Positions 1 to 11,129 of a stretch of 64,000 bases of DNA are shown here, piece after piece; position 1 is the stretch's first letter; each line of letters opens with the position of its first letter. Where the stretch lies: contig CAXXLV010000002.1 in NCBI GenBank assembly GCA_963664305.2, positions 1,152,001-1,216,000 on the forward strand, read 5' to 3'. A program made the position numbers and the translations under genes. Origin of the DNA: an uncultured Aliarcobacter sp. (lineage in GTDB: Bacteria > Campylobacterota > Campylobacteria > Campylobacterales > Arcobacteraceae). The notes beneath the pieces were generated by a model. The model ran no database searches. It was not told the DNA's origin and worked only from the letters and a program-made list of their open reading frames with translations.

Positions 1-1407
1 ATTCAAACTAAAATTATCATCTAAAGCTTCTCTAAAATATGAATTTAAAGCCCACCATCTACAATCATTTGCTCTTTCATATAGATTTCTATCCATAATA
101 TCAATAGTAAGTGAAGATAAAAATTCACTATCTTTTAAAATTGATGAAATAATTGTTTGATTTAGATTTTCTAAAGATGAATTTGCTTTATTTCCAGTAA
201 TTCCAATCTCATTTAAAAGTGATTTAGAGAACTCTCTATTTACAGAATTTAATTTACTTTGAGCAATATTTCCATTCCAAATAACTCTTATTAGATTATC
301 TTGAATTGTTTTACTTTTATTAAATACCTCTTTTAACTCTTTTGAAAAATGTTGTTCATTTTCCATCATTGCATTTATGATTTTATTATCAACATTAATA
401 GAATTTAATTCATCACTTAAAAAAGCATACTCAAGTGGAATCATAATATGGCCATACCATTTTAGACCATAAAAACCTTGATAACCATTTGTTTCACATG
501 TTTTTGCTATATAATCACGTCCTGCGTAAGAGATGATTTTATAATTTTCATTTAAAATGATTGGAAGTTTTGCACCTAATCCTATATGCTCTTTATCACT
601 ACTTGCAATTACATATCCATCTTCATCTAAAATTGTAAGACACTCTTTATTATTTACATCAACAAGATTATTAAAAATTCCATTCATTTCATCTGTAAAT
701 CTAAAACAAAGTGCTAAAACACCTAAACTTTCACTACTTGAATCATTTGTTTTGTTCACTTTATATGAATAAACTAATGATTTTTTATATTGAGGTACAA
801 AGTCATGAAATTTATATGTTTCAACATAATCATCATTTGAATTTAAGATTTTTTGAACAAATGATAAATCAACCTTTTCAACTTTAATATCATCATTAAG
901 TCTAACAAGAACTTTTCCATGAGTATCAAGTAATACAATATCAAAATAAACAGAGTATTTTGAAACATATTCTTTAAATCTTTTTTGTAAATTTTGTCTT
1001 AAAATTAAACTCTCTTCATTGTATTTTGATACATATTTTCTAATAAAAGTTCTAATATCATCATCTGTAGCTAAAAATCCAATATCTGCAGTTCTTTCAA
1101 AAAGATTTCTTATTAATACATCAATAGCAACTTGAGCTTTAAACTTCATCTCTTGAGTTACTTTTTTTATTTGTTGTTCACTTAAATGATTTAATAATGT
1201 AGAAGTTAAATTTAAAAAGTTTTCTTTTGTTTTACCAATATCTATATTTATATCACCAAGTTGTCCTAAAAGAGCTAACATATCCCATGAAGAGCTAAGT
1301 CTTCCCAGTTCATCTTTGTACTTATCTACATCCTCAATGTGCTTTATAATCGGATATAGCTCTTTTTTTACATTAATTCCCTTATAATTTATAATATTAT
1401 CTGACAT
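1..1407 (-). CDS. Large soluble sensor/chemotaxis-associated protein, 3' end outside window (family often labelled Cache-like/CheW-fused)
   Basis: Not in ORF track because it runs off the window. Read by hand: ATG at 1407 (MSDNIINYKG...), same frame at position 1, with two related motifs IDVLIRNLFERTADIGFLA and IDIMDRNLYERANDCRWWAL. Confidence 0.65.
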   Translation of the reverse strand, partial: MSDNIINYKGINVKKELYPIIKHIEDVDKYKDELGRLSSSWDMLALLGQLGDINIDIGKTKENFLNLTSTLLNHLSEQQIKKVTQEMKFKAQVAIDVLIRNLFERTADIGFLATDDDIRTFIRKYVSKYNEESLILRQNLQKRFKEYVSKYSVYFDIVLLDTHGKVLVRLNDDIKVEKVDLSFVQKILNSNDDYVETYKFHDFVPQYKKSLVYSYKVNKTNDSSSESLGVLALCFRFTDEMNGIFNNLVDVNNKECLTILDEDGYVIASSDKEHIGLGAKLPIILNENYKIISYAGRDYIAKTCETNGYQGFYGLKWYGHIMIPLEYAFLSDELNSINVDNKIINAMMENEQHFSKELKEVFNKSKTIQDNLIRVIWNGNIAQSKLNSVNREFSKSLLNEIGITGNKANSSLENLNQTIISSILKDSEFLSSLTIDIMDRNLYERANDCRWWALNSYFREALDDNFSLN

Positions 1408-1514
1408 CTCTATTCCTAATTAGTTTTCCATGTAGAAATTATATATAGAAATGGAATTTTTTTGTTTATACAGTTGTATATAAATTATACTTTATTGAAA
1501 AATAATTTTTTTAA

Positions 1515-2294
1515 CTATTTTAAAAGATTGTCAGTAAGGTTTAGAAGATTTATTTGCCAATTATCCTCAAATATATTATCTTCTACAAATTTTATATTTA
1601 GGTTAGAACCTAAAGAAAGTGCAACATTATAATCGTTGTCATCTAAAAATAATATTTTTTTGATATCCATTCTTTGTGTGTAATCCATCAACTCAGGAAC
1701 TTCATTTATATTTAGAAATCTCTTCTCTCTTTTTATAGTTTTTATTCTAAATCTTCTAGTAAAATATTCCCAATAATCATCAAAAACATACACATTATTA
1801 ACTTCACTATTATTTAGTTTATTTTTTATTCTTAAAAAAGTGTTGTCAATTTCATCTAAAAAAATTTCATAATTCTTTTTGTAAAATTCAGCTTTATATT
1901 TATCTATAACTATCAAAGATTCATATACATTTTTTGCTATTTCTCTAATTGCAAGAATATCCATCCAAATATATGGATTATTATCAATTTTTTCAACATT
2001 AGCTGATAAATCTACAACTATTAACTCTGGATTTTCATTTTTTAAAAGTCTTGCATAATTATTTTCAATATCTAAACCAAAATGAAAATATATTTTTGCA
2101 TTTGATAATTTTGAAATTTCTGAATTAGGAAGTTTTTGTTCTTTTTGCGTAAATCTATGTGTTATTTCTCTGATTTTTACTTCATCTTGAGCTATTTTTC
2201 TAACAATACTAGATTCTAAAGGAAAGTAAGTAACTACTTGGTATTTTGAGAATAAAGATAGAGGAACAAGTAAAAAAATTAAAAATCTAATCAT
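1515..2294 (-). CDS. ZnuA/TroA-like solute-binding protein, degenerate metal ligands
   Basis: Signal peptide; NPYIWMD resembles DPHxWLD; YKKNYExF and YWEYF segments typical of cluster A-I binding proteins. Confidence 0.65.
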   Translation of the reverse strand: MIRFLIFLLVPLSLFSKYQVVTYFPLESSIVRKIAQDEVKIREITHRFTQKEQKLPNSEISKLSNAKIYFHFGLDIENNYARLLKNENPELIVVDLSANVEKIDNNPYIWMDILAIREIAKNVYESLIVIDKYKAEFYKKNYEIFLDEIDNTFLRIKNKLNNSEVNNVYVFDDYWEYFTRRFRIKTIKREKRFLNINEVPELMDYTQRMDIKKILFLDDNDYNVALSLGSNLNIKFVEDNIFEDNWQINLLNLTDNLLK

Positions 2295-2314
2295 TGTTCC
2301 TCATATTTTCAGTA

Positions 2315-4084
2315 TTAAATATCTGCTACAGTTTTTCTTAATCTGATATTTAACTCTTTTAATTGCTCTTCATCAACTGTTGATGGAGCTTGTGTTAATA
2401 AACATTGAGCTTTTTGAGTTTTAGGGAATGCAATTACATCTCTAATTGAATCAGTTCCAGCAAGTAACATAATCATTCTATCAAGACCCATTGCAAATCC
2501 ACCATGGCTTGGAGCACCATAAGCTAATGCATCAAGTAAGAATCCAAATTTATCTTTAGCTTCTTCTTCACTAATTCCCATTAATTTAAATACTTTAGAT
2601 TGAATCTCTTCTTTGTGAATTCTGATACTTCCACCACCAAGTTCTGTACCATTTAAAACAATATCATAAGCGATTGATTCAATATCTTCTAAATCTTCAA
2701 TATTATCTAAATCATATTTTTCAACGTTTGGCATTGTAAATGGATGGTGTAATGCTTTTGTTCTTCCATCTTCAACTTCAAACATAGGGAAATCTACAAC
2801 CCATAAGAATTCATAGGCATCTTTTGGAACGATATTCATTTCATTTGCTAGGAATAATCTAAATCTTCCCATATAATCCCAAACTACTTTTTTAGGTCCA
2901 GCTCCAAAGAATACAACGTCACCAACTTCAAGTTCAGTAACTTTTACAATTTCTTCTAAATCAGCATCACTAAAGAATTTAGTTAATGGACCTTTTAATC
3001 CATCTTCTTTCATTTGGAAGTAACCAAGACCTTTAGCTCCAAATTTTCTTACATAATCTTCAAAACTTTTCATTTGTCTTTTAGAGAAGATGTTATCTCC
3101 GTTTTTACATTTTAAAGCTTTAATTCTATTATTCTTTTTATCTTTTGCAATATCAGCAAAAATCTCATTTGTTGAGTTTGCAAAAATATCAATAACATCA
3201 ACAAGTGGCATATCAATTCTTAAATCAGGTTTATCAGAACCATATTTTTCCATTGCTTCAGAATATTTCATTCTTCTAAAAGTTGAAGGAACGTTTTTAC
3301 CACATTTTGTAAATACATCATAGATTAATTTTTCTGCAACTGCAATTACATCATCTTGAGTACAAAAAGACATTTCAACGTCTATTTGAGTAAATTCTGG
3401 TTGTCTGTCAGCTCTTAAATCTTCATCTCTAAAACATTTTGCAATTTGGAAATATCTGTCAAATCCAGCAACCATTAATAATTGTTTAAATAATTGTGGA
3501 GATTGAGGAAGTGCGTAAAACTCACCTGGATGAACTCTTGAAGGAACTAAATAATCTCTTGCACCTTCTGGAGTTGATTTTGTTAAAATAGGTGTTTCAA
3601 CATCTAAGAAACCTAATTCATCAAGCGTATTTCTTACTTGAATAGTTGCTTTACTTCTTAATTGGAAAATATCAAATGATTTTCTTGATCTTAACTCTAA
3701 AAATCTATTTCTTAATTTAATCTCGTCATTTACTTTTTCATCATTAATATCAAATGGCATTGGTCTAGATTTATTTTCAATTACTAGTTTTTCTAAAATA
3801 ATCTCTATTTTTCCAGTAACTAAATTTGGATTTTCTAATCCCTCACCTCTTGCTCTTACTTTTCCAGTTGCAATTAAAACATATTCATCTCTTACTGTTT
3901 CAGCAACACTTAAAGCATCTTTACAATCTTGAGGATCTGCTACAAGTTGAACTAATCCACTTTTATCTCTTAAATCAATAAATATAATTCCACCATGGTC
4001 TCTTCTACTGTTAACCCAACCAGCTACAGTTACAGTTTCACCAATCTTTTGTTCAGTTACATCTGTACAATAATGTGTTCTCAA
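2315..4084 (-). CDS. aspS: Aspartate-tRNA ligase, probably non-discriminating Asp/Asn type
   Basis: MRTHYC start, [37 protein letters not shown] motifs. Confidence 0.97.
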   Translation of the reverse strand: MRTHYCTDVTEQKIGETVTVAGWVNSRRDHGGIIFIDLRDKSGLVQLVADPQDCKDALSVAETVRDEYVLIATGKVRARGEGLENPNLVTGKIEIILEKLVIENKSRPMPFDINDEKVNDEIKLRNRFLELRSRKSFDIFQLRSKATIQVRNTLDELGFLDVETPILTKSTPEGARDYLVPSRVHPGEFYALPQSPQLFKQLLMVAGFDRYFQIAKCFRDEDLRADRQPEFTQIDVEMSFCTQDDVIAVAEKLIYDVFTKCGKNVPSTFRRMKYSEAMEKYGSDKPDLRIDMPLVDVIDIFANSTNEIFADIAKDKKNNRIKALKCKNGDNIFSKRQMKSFEDYVRKFGAKGLGYFQMKEDGLKGPLTKFFSDADLEEIVKVTELEVGDVVFFGAGPKKVVWDYMGRFRLFLANEMNIVPKDAYEFLWVVDFPMFEVEDGRTKALHHPFTMPNVEKYDLDNIEDLEDIESIAYDIVLNGTELGGGSIRIHKEEIQSKVFKLMGISEEEAKDKFGFLLDALAYGAPSHGGFAMGLDRMIMLLAGTDSIRDVIAFPKTQKAQCLLTQAPSTVDEEQLKELNIRLRKTVADI

Positions 4085-4128
4085 TTCTAATCTCCATTCA
4101 CATAAATATTCGCGATTTTATCTAAACT

Positions 4129-5334
4129 TTACTTAATTTCTAAAAAGCCAACTTCTGTACTTTTAAATAATCTAGGAGTATATACTACCTCATTATTTGA
4201 TACTTGAGTTGGTATTAAAGATGTATTTCCATTGTTGAATAAATAATTAACTCCAACTAATGTAGAATAATCTACCCATTCATAAGTAATATTTCCACCA
4301 AAAGTTGTAATTTCATCTTTTAATTTTGTATCAACATTATCAATTGAATTTGCAATTACAAGTTTTTCTCTATCTTTATCTTGAGTTAAAACCATTAACA
4401 TTGGATCATAATTTAACTGTGTAGAAAAAATAATTCGTGGGAAAACATCATAGGCTCTTAATTGAGATAAAATTAAAGAAGTTTTCACTAAATCAGTGTT
4501 TAAAAACAGAGATGAATTTCTTAATCTATAATCATTTACAATACTTTTAAAATTTCTTTCATTTTTTCCGATTTCTTTTCTAACTACTGCATCACCAATT
4601 ATTGAATCATAACTTCTTTTTAGTTTTGAACCTAAATATGTGTCTTGATAAAACATTGCATTATTTCCTGCAGAATAATAACTTAATTTTTTAAGTTGCT
4701 CATCGTACGAAATAGAACCAAAAATTAAACCATCATTGTTTTCTAAAGAATCCTTTTTTTCAATTAATGGAAGATAAACTTTTAAATCACTTGAAACTAC
4801 TTTATTTAAAGTTGAAATTGCATTTGGAGTAAATAATGCAACTACATTTGTAATACCCTCTTGTTGAACTTTTGAAAAAGCAGAACTTATTTTATCGTAA
4901 CTCTCATTTTCACAATCAATTACAACTAGATTATAATCAGCATTTTGATATGACAAATATCCAGATATTGTATTTAATGAACTTCTAGCATATTTTGATA
5001 CTAAAGATGATGGATAAATAAAAGCTAATTGCATTTTAGCTTTTGTTTTATCAATTTGAATATCAATTTTGTTTTCTACAACTGATTCAGAAGAGTTCAT
5101 CTCTTCTGTATCATTCATACTACCATTTGGAATAGTTTCTTCTTTGATTTTATCTTCTTTAATCTCAACAGGAACAAATTCCTCAACAACAGTAACAGTA
5201 TCTTCTTCAACTGCTTTTTGTGGAACTTTTTTCTCTATTTTATTTTTACCTGGTAGTTTTAACTCTACAACTTGTTTTTGAGTACAACCAAAGAAAACAA
5301 AAACTACTACAAATAAAGCTAATATTTGTTTCAA
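4129..5334 (-). CDS. Lipoprotein, putative periplasmic binding-protein-like fold
   Basis: Lipobox FFGC after hydrophobic stretch; acidic linker; overlaps upstream gene stop. Confidence 0.6.
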   Translation of the reverse strand: MKQILALFVVVFVFFGCTQKQVVELKLPGKNKIEKKVPQKAVEEDTVTVVEEFVPVEIKEDKIKEETIPNGSMNDTEEMNSSESVVENKIDIQIDKTKAKMQLAFIYPSSLVSKYARSSLNTISGYLSYQNADYNLVVIDCENESYDKISSAFSKVQQEGITNVVALFTPNAISTLNKVVSSDLKVYLPLIEKKDSLENNDGLIFGSISYDEQLKKLSYYSAGNNAMFYQDTYLGSKLKRSYDSIIGDAVVRKEIGKNERNFKSIVNDYRLRNSSLFLNTDLVKTSLILSQLRAYDVFPRIIFSTQLNYDPMLMVLTQDKDREKLVIANSIDNVDTKLKDEITTFGGNITYEWVDYSTLVGVNYLFNNGNTSLIPTQVSNNEVVYTPRLFKSTEVGFLEIK

Positions 5335-5999
5335 TTTAATCCCTCCATGAAATTTTTTATTTTTAACATATCATAATATGCATCTTTTTTAAAAGAAGGA
5401 TTTCTTAATAAAAAAGTTGGTGAAAATGTTGCAATTAAAGGTATGTTATTAAAACTCAACTCTTTCCCTCTATTTTGAGAAAAATTGTCATCATTTTTTA
5501 ATAAAAATGAATAAGCTTTTTCACCTAAAACTACAATAAGTTTAGGTTTAATTAACTCAATTTGTTTTAATAAATAGTCATTACAAACTTCCATATTAGA
5601 ATTTGTTGCACCATTTAAACTTTTGCATTTTACCAAAGTTGTTATATAAATCTCTTCTTTTTTAATATTTAAAACATTTTCTATCATTTTAGATAACAAT
5701 TCACCGCTGTTTCCAACATAAAAAGAACCTAATTCATCTTCACTTTTACTAGGTTCATCATTTATAAATAGAACCTTTGAATTAGAATTTCCATATCCAA
5801 AAAGAACATTTTTACGGCATTTTGATAGCTCACATAAATAACAGTGTTCTACACTATTTTTTAGTTCTATCAAACTATTTGGTAATTTAATATTTTTAAC
5901 TTCTGGTTGAAAAAAGTCCAAAGATTCATGATATTCATATCCAAATGATTTCAAATTATATAAATATTTTAATACTCTATTTTTAACTGATTTTGTCAT
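5331..5999 (-). CDS. Uracil-DNA glycosylase family 4-like protein, atypical active site
   Basis: CYLC...VKC...C Fe-S cysteines, QIELIKPKLIVVLG, FLLRNP. Confidence 0.8.
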   Translation of the reverse strand: MTKSVKNRVLKYLYNLKSFGYEYHESLDFFQPEVKNIKLPNSLIELKNSVEHCYLCELSKCRKNVLFGYGNSNSKVLFINDEPSKSEDELGSFYVGNSGELLSKMIENVLNIKKEEIYITTLVKCKSLNGATNSNMEVCNDYLLKQIELIKPKLIVVLGEKAYSFLLKNDDNFSQNRGKELSFNNIPLIATFSPTFLLRNPSFKKDAYYDMLKIKNFMEGLN

Positions 6000-6069
6000 G
6001 AGGAATTGTACAAAAAACTTTCTTGAACAATTATTTGTTCCATTATTTTAATTTTTTATAATAATTTTA

Positions 6070-6098
6070 TTGACTTTTGTTCCAATATTTTATAAAAT
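6070..6098 (+). promoter_or_regulatory. Sigma70-type promoter of the small HTH gene
   Basis: TTGACT (6070-6075), 17 bp, TAAAAT (6093-6098). Confidence 0.6.
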
Positions 6099-6126
6099 AG
6101 CGAATGAAATATTAATAGGAATAAAA

Positions 6127-6339
6127 ATGAGCACTCCTAGTTTAAGAAAACTAGAATCTGATTTAGAAGTAAACAAAACAACATTACATAATTGGAAAAA
6201 AAATAGACCAAAACTTTTTGAGTTTATTATTGAGTCATACAAGAATAAAGATATATTAAAAAAACATTTAGATTTATTGATTGAACAAAAACAGATTATA
6301 GAAAAAGAGATTGATATAACTAAAAATATTATAAATTAG
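6127..6339 (+). CDS. Small helix-turn-helix-like protein with C-terminal coiled coil (70 aa)
   Basis: AGGA RBS before ATG 6127; SLRKLESDLEVNKTTLHNWKK fits an HTH pattern. Confidence 0.6.
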   Translation: MSTPSLRKLESDLEVNKTTLHNWKKNRPKLFEFIIESYKNKDILKKHLDLLIEQKQIIEKEIDITKNIIN

Positions 6340-6458
6340 TATGAAAAGTTATGGAGCTATAATAAAATAATATAACTTTTTTAAAGTGTGCGAAGTATTA
6401 TTTTTTTTGGCTTCATAGTTTTTTATATTTTGTGAGTTTTTGAATAATTTGCGAGATA

Positions 6459-6484
6459 TAAATAAGGAAAGAATTCCTTATTTA
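6459..6484 (-). terminator. Stem-loop ending the ribosomal protein operon after infA
   Basis: TAAATAAGGAA-AGAA-TTCCTTATTTA. Confidence 0.6.
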
Positions 6485-6499
6485 ATTTTTTATAGATAA

Positions 6500-6718
6500 T
6501 TATTTATATCTATGTGTGATTCTTCCCTTATCCAATGAATAAGGTGTTATTTCTACTTTTACAGTATCATTAGGTAATATTTTAATGTAGTGCATTCTCA
6601 TTTTACCTGAGATATGACATAAAACTACATGTCCGTTATCTAATTCAACTCTAAACATAGCATTTGGTAAAGCTTCAATTACTTTTCCATCAATTACTAT
6701 TACATCATCTTTTGCCAC
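6500..6718 (-). CDS. infA: Translation initiation factor IF-1
   Basis: GTG start at 6718; [29 protein letters not shown]. Confidence 0.97.
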   Translation of the reverse strand: MAKDDVIVIDGKVIEALPNAMFRVELDNGHVVLCHISGKMRMHYIKILPNDTVKVEITPYSLDKGRITHRYK

Positions 6719-6729
6719 TTTTTTTCCCC

Positions 6730-7494
6730 TCAATTTTCCGAATTACTTAAAATAACTGCTCTCCCGTCGATAACAGCAACTGTATGTTCATAATGACTAC
6801 CATTTAATCCATCTGCAGATACAACATCCCAACCATTTTTTAAAATAACAGGATTTCTATCTTTTTGACAAATCATTGGCTCTATACAAAAAACCATTCC
6901 ATTTTTGATTTTTGGTCCAGATTTTGTATTTCCATTTTCTAAATAATTTGGAATTTCTGGTTCTTCGTGTGGTCGCTTCCCAATTCCATGACCACAAAAT
7001 CTAACAAGTGGCTGATATCCTCTAGCTACAATGAAATCTTCAATTAATTTAGATAATTCTTTAAATCTCATACCTTCTCTTATAATATCAATTGCATAAT
7101 ATAAAGAGTCTTTAGCACAAGCGATTAAATCTTCATCTTCTTTTGAAATATTTCCTATAGGCATTGTAATAGCTGAATCACCATACCATCCATCAATTTC
7201 CGTACCAATATCAAGTCCAAGGATGTCACCCTCTTTTAAAACAACATCACTTGGTATACCATGAATAATAACCTCGTTTAAAGAAGTACAAATTGCATTT
7301 GGAAAACCATATAATCCTTTGAATGAAGGTCTAGCTCCTAAATCTCTTAGGAACTTTTCCCCCATCGCATCTACTTCTTTTAAAGTCATACCAGCTTTTA
7401 CATTATCTCTTAAATAATTTAAGGTTTTTGCAACAGCCTCATTTGCAATACGAAGTTTTTCAATTTCATTTGGTTTTCTTAGTGAAATTGCCAT
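6730..7494 (-). CDS. map: Methionine aminopeptidase type I
   Basis: HGIP, DIG...GDSA, GHGIG..PHEEP, EPM, HYEHT. Confidence 0.97.
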   Translation of the reverse strand: MAISLRKPNEIEKLRIANEAVAKTLNYLRDNVKAGMTLKEVDAMGEKFLRDLGARPSFKGLYGFPNAICTSLNEVIIHGIPSDVVLKEGDILGLDIGTEIDGWYGDSAITMPIGNISKEDEDLIACAKDSLYYAIDIIREGMRFKELSKLIEDFIVARGYQPLVRFCGHGIGKRPHEEPEIPNYLENGNTKSGPKIKNGMVFCIEPMICQKDRNPVILKNGWDVVSADGLNGSHYEHTVAVIDGRAVILSNSEN

Positions 7495-7496
7495 TT

Positions 7497-8759
7497 TTAC
7501 AATCCAACCGCACTAAGTGTTTGATATTTATTCATATATTGCTGAGCTTCAATTTTTCTCATAGTGTCTATAGCAACTTGAACAACGATTAATACAGCAA
7601 CCCCTCCAAAATAGAAAGGTACACCCATAGCTTTTACAATTAGCCAAGGTAATGTTGATATTAATCCCATATAAATTGCTCCCCAGAAAGTTAATCTACT
7701 AGCAACTTCATTTAAAAAATCTGCTGTACTTGCTCCTGGTCTAACACCTGGAATAAATCCACCTTGTTTTTTTAAATTCTCAGAAATATCTTTTGCATTA
7801 AATGTAATTGATGCATAAAAGAATGCAAAGAAAACTACAAATAAAAACATAAATAAATTAAAAGTATATGAACTTGGACTTAAATAATCAGCAATTGCAA
7901 CTAAATATTTATTTTGTGAACCTTGTAAAACTGTTGCAGGGAACATTAAAATAGCACTTGCGAAAATTGCAGGAATTACTCCACTTAAATTTACTTTAAT
8001 TGGAATATAGTTCATAACTCTTCTTTTCTGATTTTGCATCATAACTTTTCTAGAATATGATACAGGAACTCTTCTTTCACCTAATTCAACATAAATAATT
8101 GCTCCAACAGTTGCAAAAATTACAACTAAAATACCAATTACAGTTAAGAAATTCATTTGACCATTATTAACAAGTTCTACTGTACCACCAATTGCACTTG
8201 GAATTGCTGAAACGATACCTGCGAAAATAATTAACGAAATTCCGTTACCAATACCTTTTTGTGTAATTTGTTCACCAATCCACATTAAAAGCATTGTACC
8301 TGTTAACATTGATATTGCAGAAACAGCAATAAATGTATTCATATCAATTGAGATTGCACCTTGACCACTTTGACCTGTTAAAGAATTAAGACCAACTGAA
8401 ACACCAATAGATTGAATTAATGTAATAACAATTGTTGTATATCTGATGATTTGCATATATTTTTGCATCCCATCTCTTTCTTTTTTCATTTTACCAAGTG
8501 CTGGGAAAGTTGCTGCTAGAAGTTCCATAATAATAGAAGCAGTAATGTAAGGCATAATTCCTAGTGAAATAATACTTAGTCTTTCAACTGCATTACCACT
8601 AAACATATTAACAAGACCTAACGCATTGTTTGCATTTGAGTCGAAAAATTCTTTAACTACATCTATATTAACTCCAGGTACTGGCACGTATGCCAGTAAT
8701 CTGTAAAGAAAAATAAAGCCTAATGTAATAAGAATCTTATTTATTAGATCTTTACTCAT
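7497..8759 (-). CDS. secY: Preprotein translocase SecY
   Basis: LGIMPYITASII, GIGNGISLIIF, IPGVRPG. Confidence 0.98.
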   Translation of the reverse strand: MSKDLINKILITLGFIFLYRLLAYVPVPGVNIDVVKEFFDSNANNALGLVNMFSGNAVERLSIISLGIMPYITASIIMELLAATFPALGKMKKERDGMQKYMQIIRYTTIVITLIQSIGVSVGLNSLTGQSGQGAISIDMNTFIAVSAISMLTGTMLLMWIGEQITQKGIGNGISLIIFAGIVSAIPSAIGGTVELVNNGQMNFLTVIGILVVIFATVGAIIYVELGERRVPVSYSRKVMMQNQKRRVMNYIPIKVNLSGVIPAIFASAILMFPATVLQGSQNKYLVAIADYLSPSSYTFNLFMFLFVVFFAFFYASITFNAKDISENLKKQGGFIPGVRPGASTADFLNEVASRLTFWGAIYMGLISTLPWLIVKAMGVPFYFGGVAVLIVVQVAIDTMRKIEAQQYMNKYQTLSAVGL

Positions 8760-8761
8760 AA

Positions 8762-9160
8762 TTATTTTCCAGTAGTTGTAACGTTTTCGTCTTTAATCTT
8801 AGCTACTAAATCTTTTGCAGTTGAACCAATTAATTTAACTTTTTCAACTGATTTTGATAATTTATACACAGATTTAATTGAATCTAGTGTAATTTCTTCA
8901 AGAGCTGCAATTTGTGATACTTTATCAACGTTAATTGAATAAGGTTTTACAGTTCTAGAAAAGAATCCAACTTTAGGAAGTCTTTTGTAAAGTGGTTGTT
9001 GACCACCCTCAAATCCTCTTTTCACTTTGTAACCAGATCTTGCTTTTTGACCTTTGTTACCTTTACCTGCAGTTTTACCTGTACCGCTTCCTTGACCTCT
9101 ACCAATTCTTTTAGTATTTTTTGTACTACCTGGTGCTGGTTGTAAATTTTCTAATGCCAT
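8762..9160 (-). CDS. rplO: 50S ribosomal protein L15
   Basis: [18 protein letters not shown]. Confidence 0.97.
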   Translation of the reverse strand: MALENLQPAPGSTKNTKRIGRGQGSGTGKTAGKGNKGQKARSGYKVKRGFEGGQQPLYKRLPKVGFFSRTVKPYSINVDKVSQIAALEEITLDSIKSVYKLSKSVEKVKLIGSTAKDLVAKIKDENVTTTGK

Positions 9161-9164
9161 ATTC

Positions 9165-9608
9165 TTATCCTTTTATCTTAGCTAATGCTTCAACAGTAGC
9201 TTGTACAAGGTTGTTTGGATTATTTGAACCTAAAGATTTAGCAATAATATCTTTAACTCCAGAAAGCTCAAGAACAGGTCTTGCAGCTCCTCCAGCGATT
9301 AGCCCAGTACCCTCAGATGCTGGTTTTAATAATATTTTACTTGAATTATATTTATGTTCAATATCGTGTGCTATTGTAGTTCCTTTAATAGAAACAGTAA
9401 CTAAGCTTTTGAATGCATCATCTAATGCTTTTTTAATTGCATCAGGAACCTCTTTAGCTTTACCAGTTCCAAATCCTACCGTTCCGTTTTTATCACCAAC
9501 AACAACTAAAGCTGTAAATCTGAATCTTCTTCCACCTTTTACAACTTTTGTTACTCTTCCGATTTTAACGATTGCTTCTTGAAAGTCTTCTCTATTAACT
9601 GCTGCCAT
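9165..9608 (-). CDS. rpsE: 30S ribosomal protein S5
   Basis: [14 protein letters not shown]. Confidence 0.97.
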   Translation of the reverse strand: MAAVNREDFQEAIVKIGRVTKVVKGGRRFRFTALVVVGDKNGTVGFGTGKAKEVPDAIKKALDDAFKSLVTVSIKGTTIAHDIEHKYNSSKILLKPASEGTGLIAGGAARPVLELSGVKDIIAKSLGSNNPNNLVQATVEALAKIKG

Positions 9609-9617
9609 CATTAACCC

Positions 9618-9977
9618 TTATAATTTGATACCGTTATCTCTTAATGCATCAGCAAATGCTGCAACTACACCATGATAAAGATAACCATTTCTATCGTAAA
9701 CTACTGCTTCAATTCCAGCAGCCTTTAAATTTTCAGCAAGTTGTGCTGCTACTTTTACTGCATTTTCTTTATTAATGTTTAAACCCATAGCTTGTGAGCT
9801 TACAGCTGCTAAAGTTACACCTTCAACATCATTAATAGCTTGTGCACTAACGTATTTGTTAGATTTAAAAATTGATACTCTTGGTTTTTCAGCAGTACCA
9901 AAAATGTTACTTCTAACTCTTTTTTTTCTTTTGATTCTTAAAGCGTTTTTCTTTGCTAAATCTTTTTCTCTACTCAT
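9618..9977 (-). CDS. rplR: 50S ribosomal protein L18
   Basis: VVYDRNGYLYHG; operon position. Confidence 0.97.
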   Translation of the reverse strand: MSREKDLAKKNALRIKRKKRVRSNIFGTAEKPRVSIFKSNKYVSAQAINDVEGVTLAAVSSQAMGLNINKENAVKVAAQLAENLKAAGIEAVVYDRNGYLYHGVVAAFADALRDNGIKL

Positions 9978-9986
9978 AGTTACACC

Positions 9987-10523
9987 TTACTTCTTAGAAG
10001 TTTTTCCGGCTTTTCTGATGATTTTCTCATCAGTATATTTAACACCTTTACCTTTGTATGGTTCTGGTTTTCTAAAGCCTCTAATAATTGCAGCAGCTTG
10101 ACCAACTTGTTGTTTGTCAGCACCTTTTACATTAATAATGTTTTTTTCAACAGTAACTTCTAATCCTTTTGGGATTTCATAGTTAATTGGGTGAGAATAA
10201 CCTAATTGTAACTCTAAAATATCACCTTTAACAGCAGCTCTGTATCCAACTCCGTTGATTTCTAATGATTTAGTGAATCCAACATTTAGACCATTAATTG
10301 CATTTGCAGTTAATGCTCTATAAGTTCCCCAGAAAGCTGAAGATTCTTTTGTTTCACCATTTCTAGTTAAAACAACTTGACTATCAGCTACTTCGATTCC
10401 TACTCTACCATGAGTTTCAACAGTTGAAACATTGTTTCCTTTTTTTACACTAATTACTGTACCATTTACTGTAACTTCAATTCCAGCTGGAATTGCGATA
10501 GGTTTTTTACCAATTCTTGACAT
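9987..10523 (-). CDS. rplF: 50S ribosomal protein L6
   Basis: [19 protein letters not shown]. Confidence 0.97.
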   Translation of the reverse strand: MSRIGKKPIAIPAGIEVTVNGTVISVKKGNNVSTVETHGRVGIEVADSQVVLTRNGETKESSAFWGTYRALTANAINGLNVGFTKSLEINGVGYRAAVKGDILELQLGYSHPINYEIPKGLEVTVEKNIINVKGADKQQVGQAAAIIRGFRKPEPYKGKGVKYTDEKIIRKAGKTSKK

Positions 10524-10532
10524 TACACTCTC

Positions 10533-10931
10533 CTACCATACAGTACAAAGTACTTCACCACCAACATTAGCTGCATATGCTTCATCATTAGCAATTACAC
10601 CTTTGTTAGTTGAAACGATAATAGTACCGTACCCATTTTTAAAGTTTTTAATTTCAGAAGCGTTTTTATAAACTCTTCTTCCTGGTTTAGAAACTCTAGT
10701 AATTTCGTTGATTACTGATTTCTCATTATCATCATATTTTAATTCAACTTGAATAGTTTTCTTGTTGTTTTGTCCATCAATAACTTTGAATCCAGCAATA
10801 TACTCTTTTTGTAATAAAACGTTTAAAACACCTACTACAGTATTTGAGTGTAATAATGTTGCAACTTCTAATTTTCTCATTGCAGCATTTCTAATTCTAG
10901 TTAAAGCATCTGCGATTATATCATTCATCAT
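10533..10931 (-). CDS. rpsH: 30S ribosomal protein S8
   Basis: [26 protein letters not shown]. Confidence 0.97.
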   Translation of the reverse strand: MMNDIIADALTRIRNAAMRKLEVATLLHSNTVVGVLNVLLQKEYIAGFKVIDGQNNKKTIQVELKYDDNEKSVINEITRVSKPGRRVYKNASEIKNFKNGYGTIIVSTNKGVIANDEAYAANVGGEVLCTVW

Positions 10932-10943
10932 AGCTTTTTTCTC

Positions 10944-11129
10944 CTACCAACTAGCTTTTCTAACACCAGGTAATAAACCTTCGTTAGCCATTTTTCTTAA
11001 ACAAACTCTACATAAACCAAAGTCTCTGTAAACAGAGTGAGGTCTTCCACAAACAGAACATCTTGTGTATGCTCTTACAGCAAACTTAGGTGTTCTTTGT
11101 TGTTTAGCGATCATAGATTTCTTTGCCAT
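10944..11129 (-). CDS. rpsN: 30S ribosomal protein S14, zinc-binding type Z
   Basis: 61 aa, CSVC...CRVC. Confidence 0.97.
   Translation of the reverse strand: MAKKSMIAKQQRTPKFAVRAYTRCSVCGRPHSVYRDFGLCRVCLRKMANEGLLPGVRKASW

Noticed and set aside
9160..9165. No rpmD (L30) between rpsE and rplO, and no adk after secY
   Set aside because: Usual arrangement in Campylobacterota
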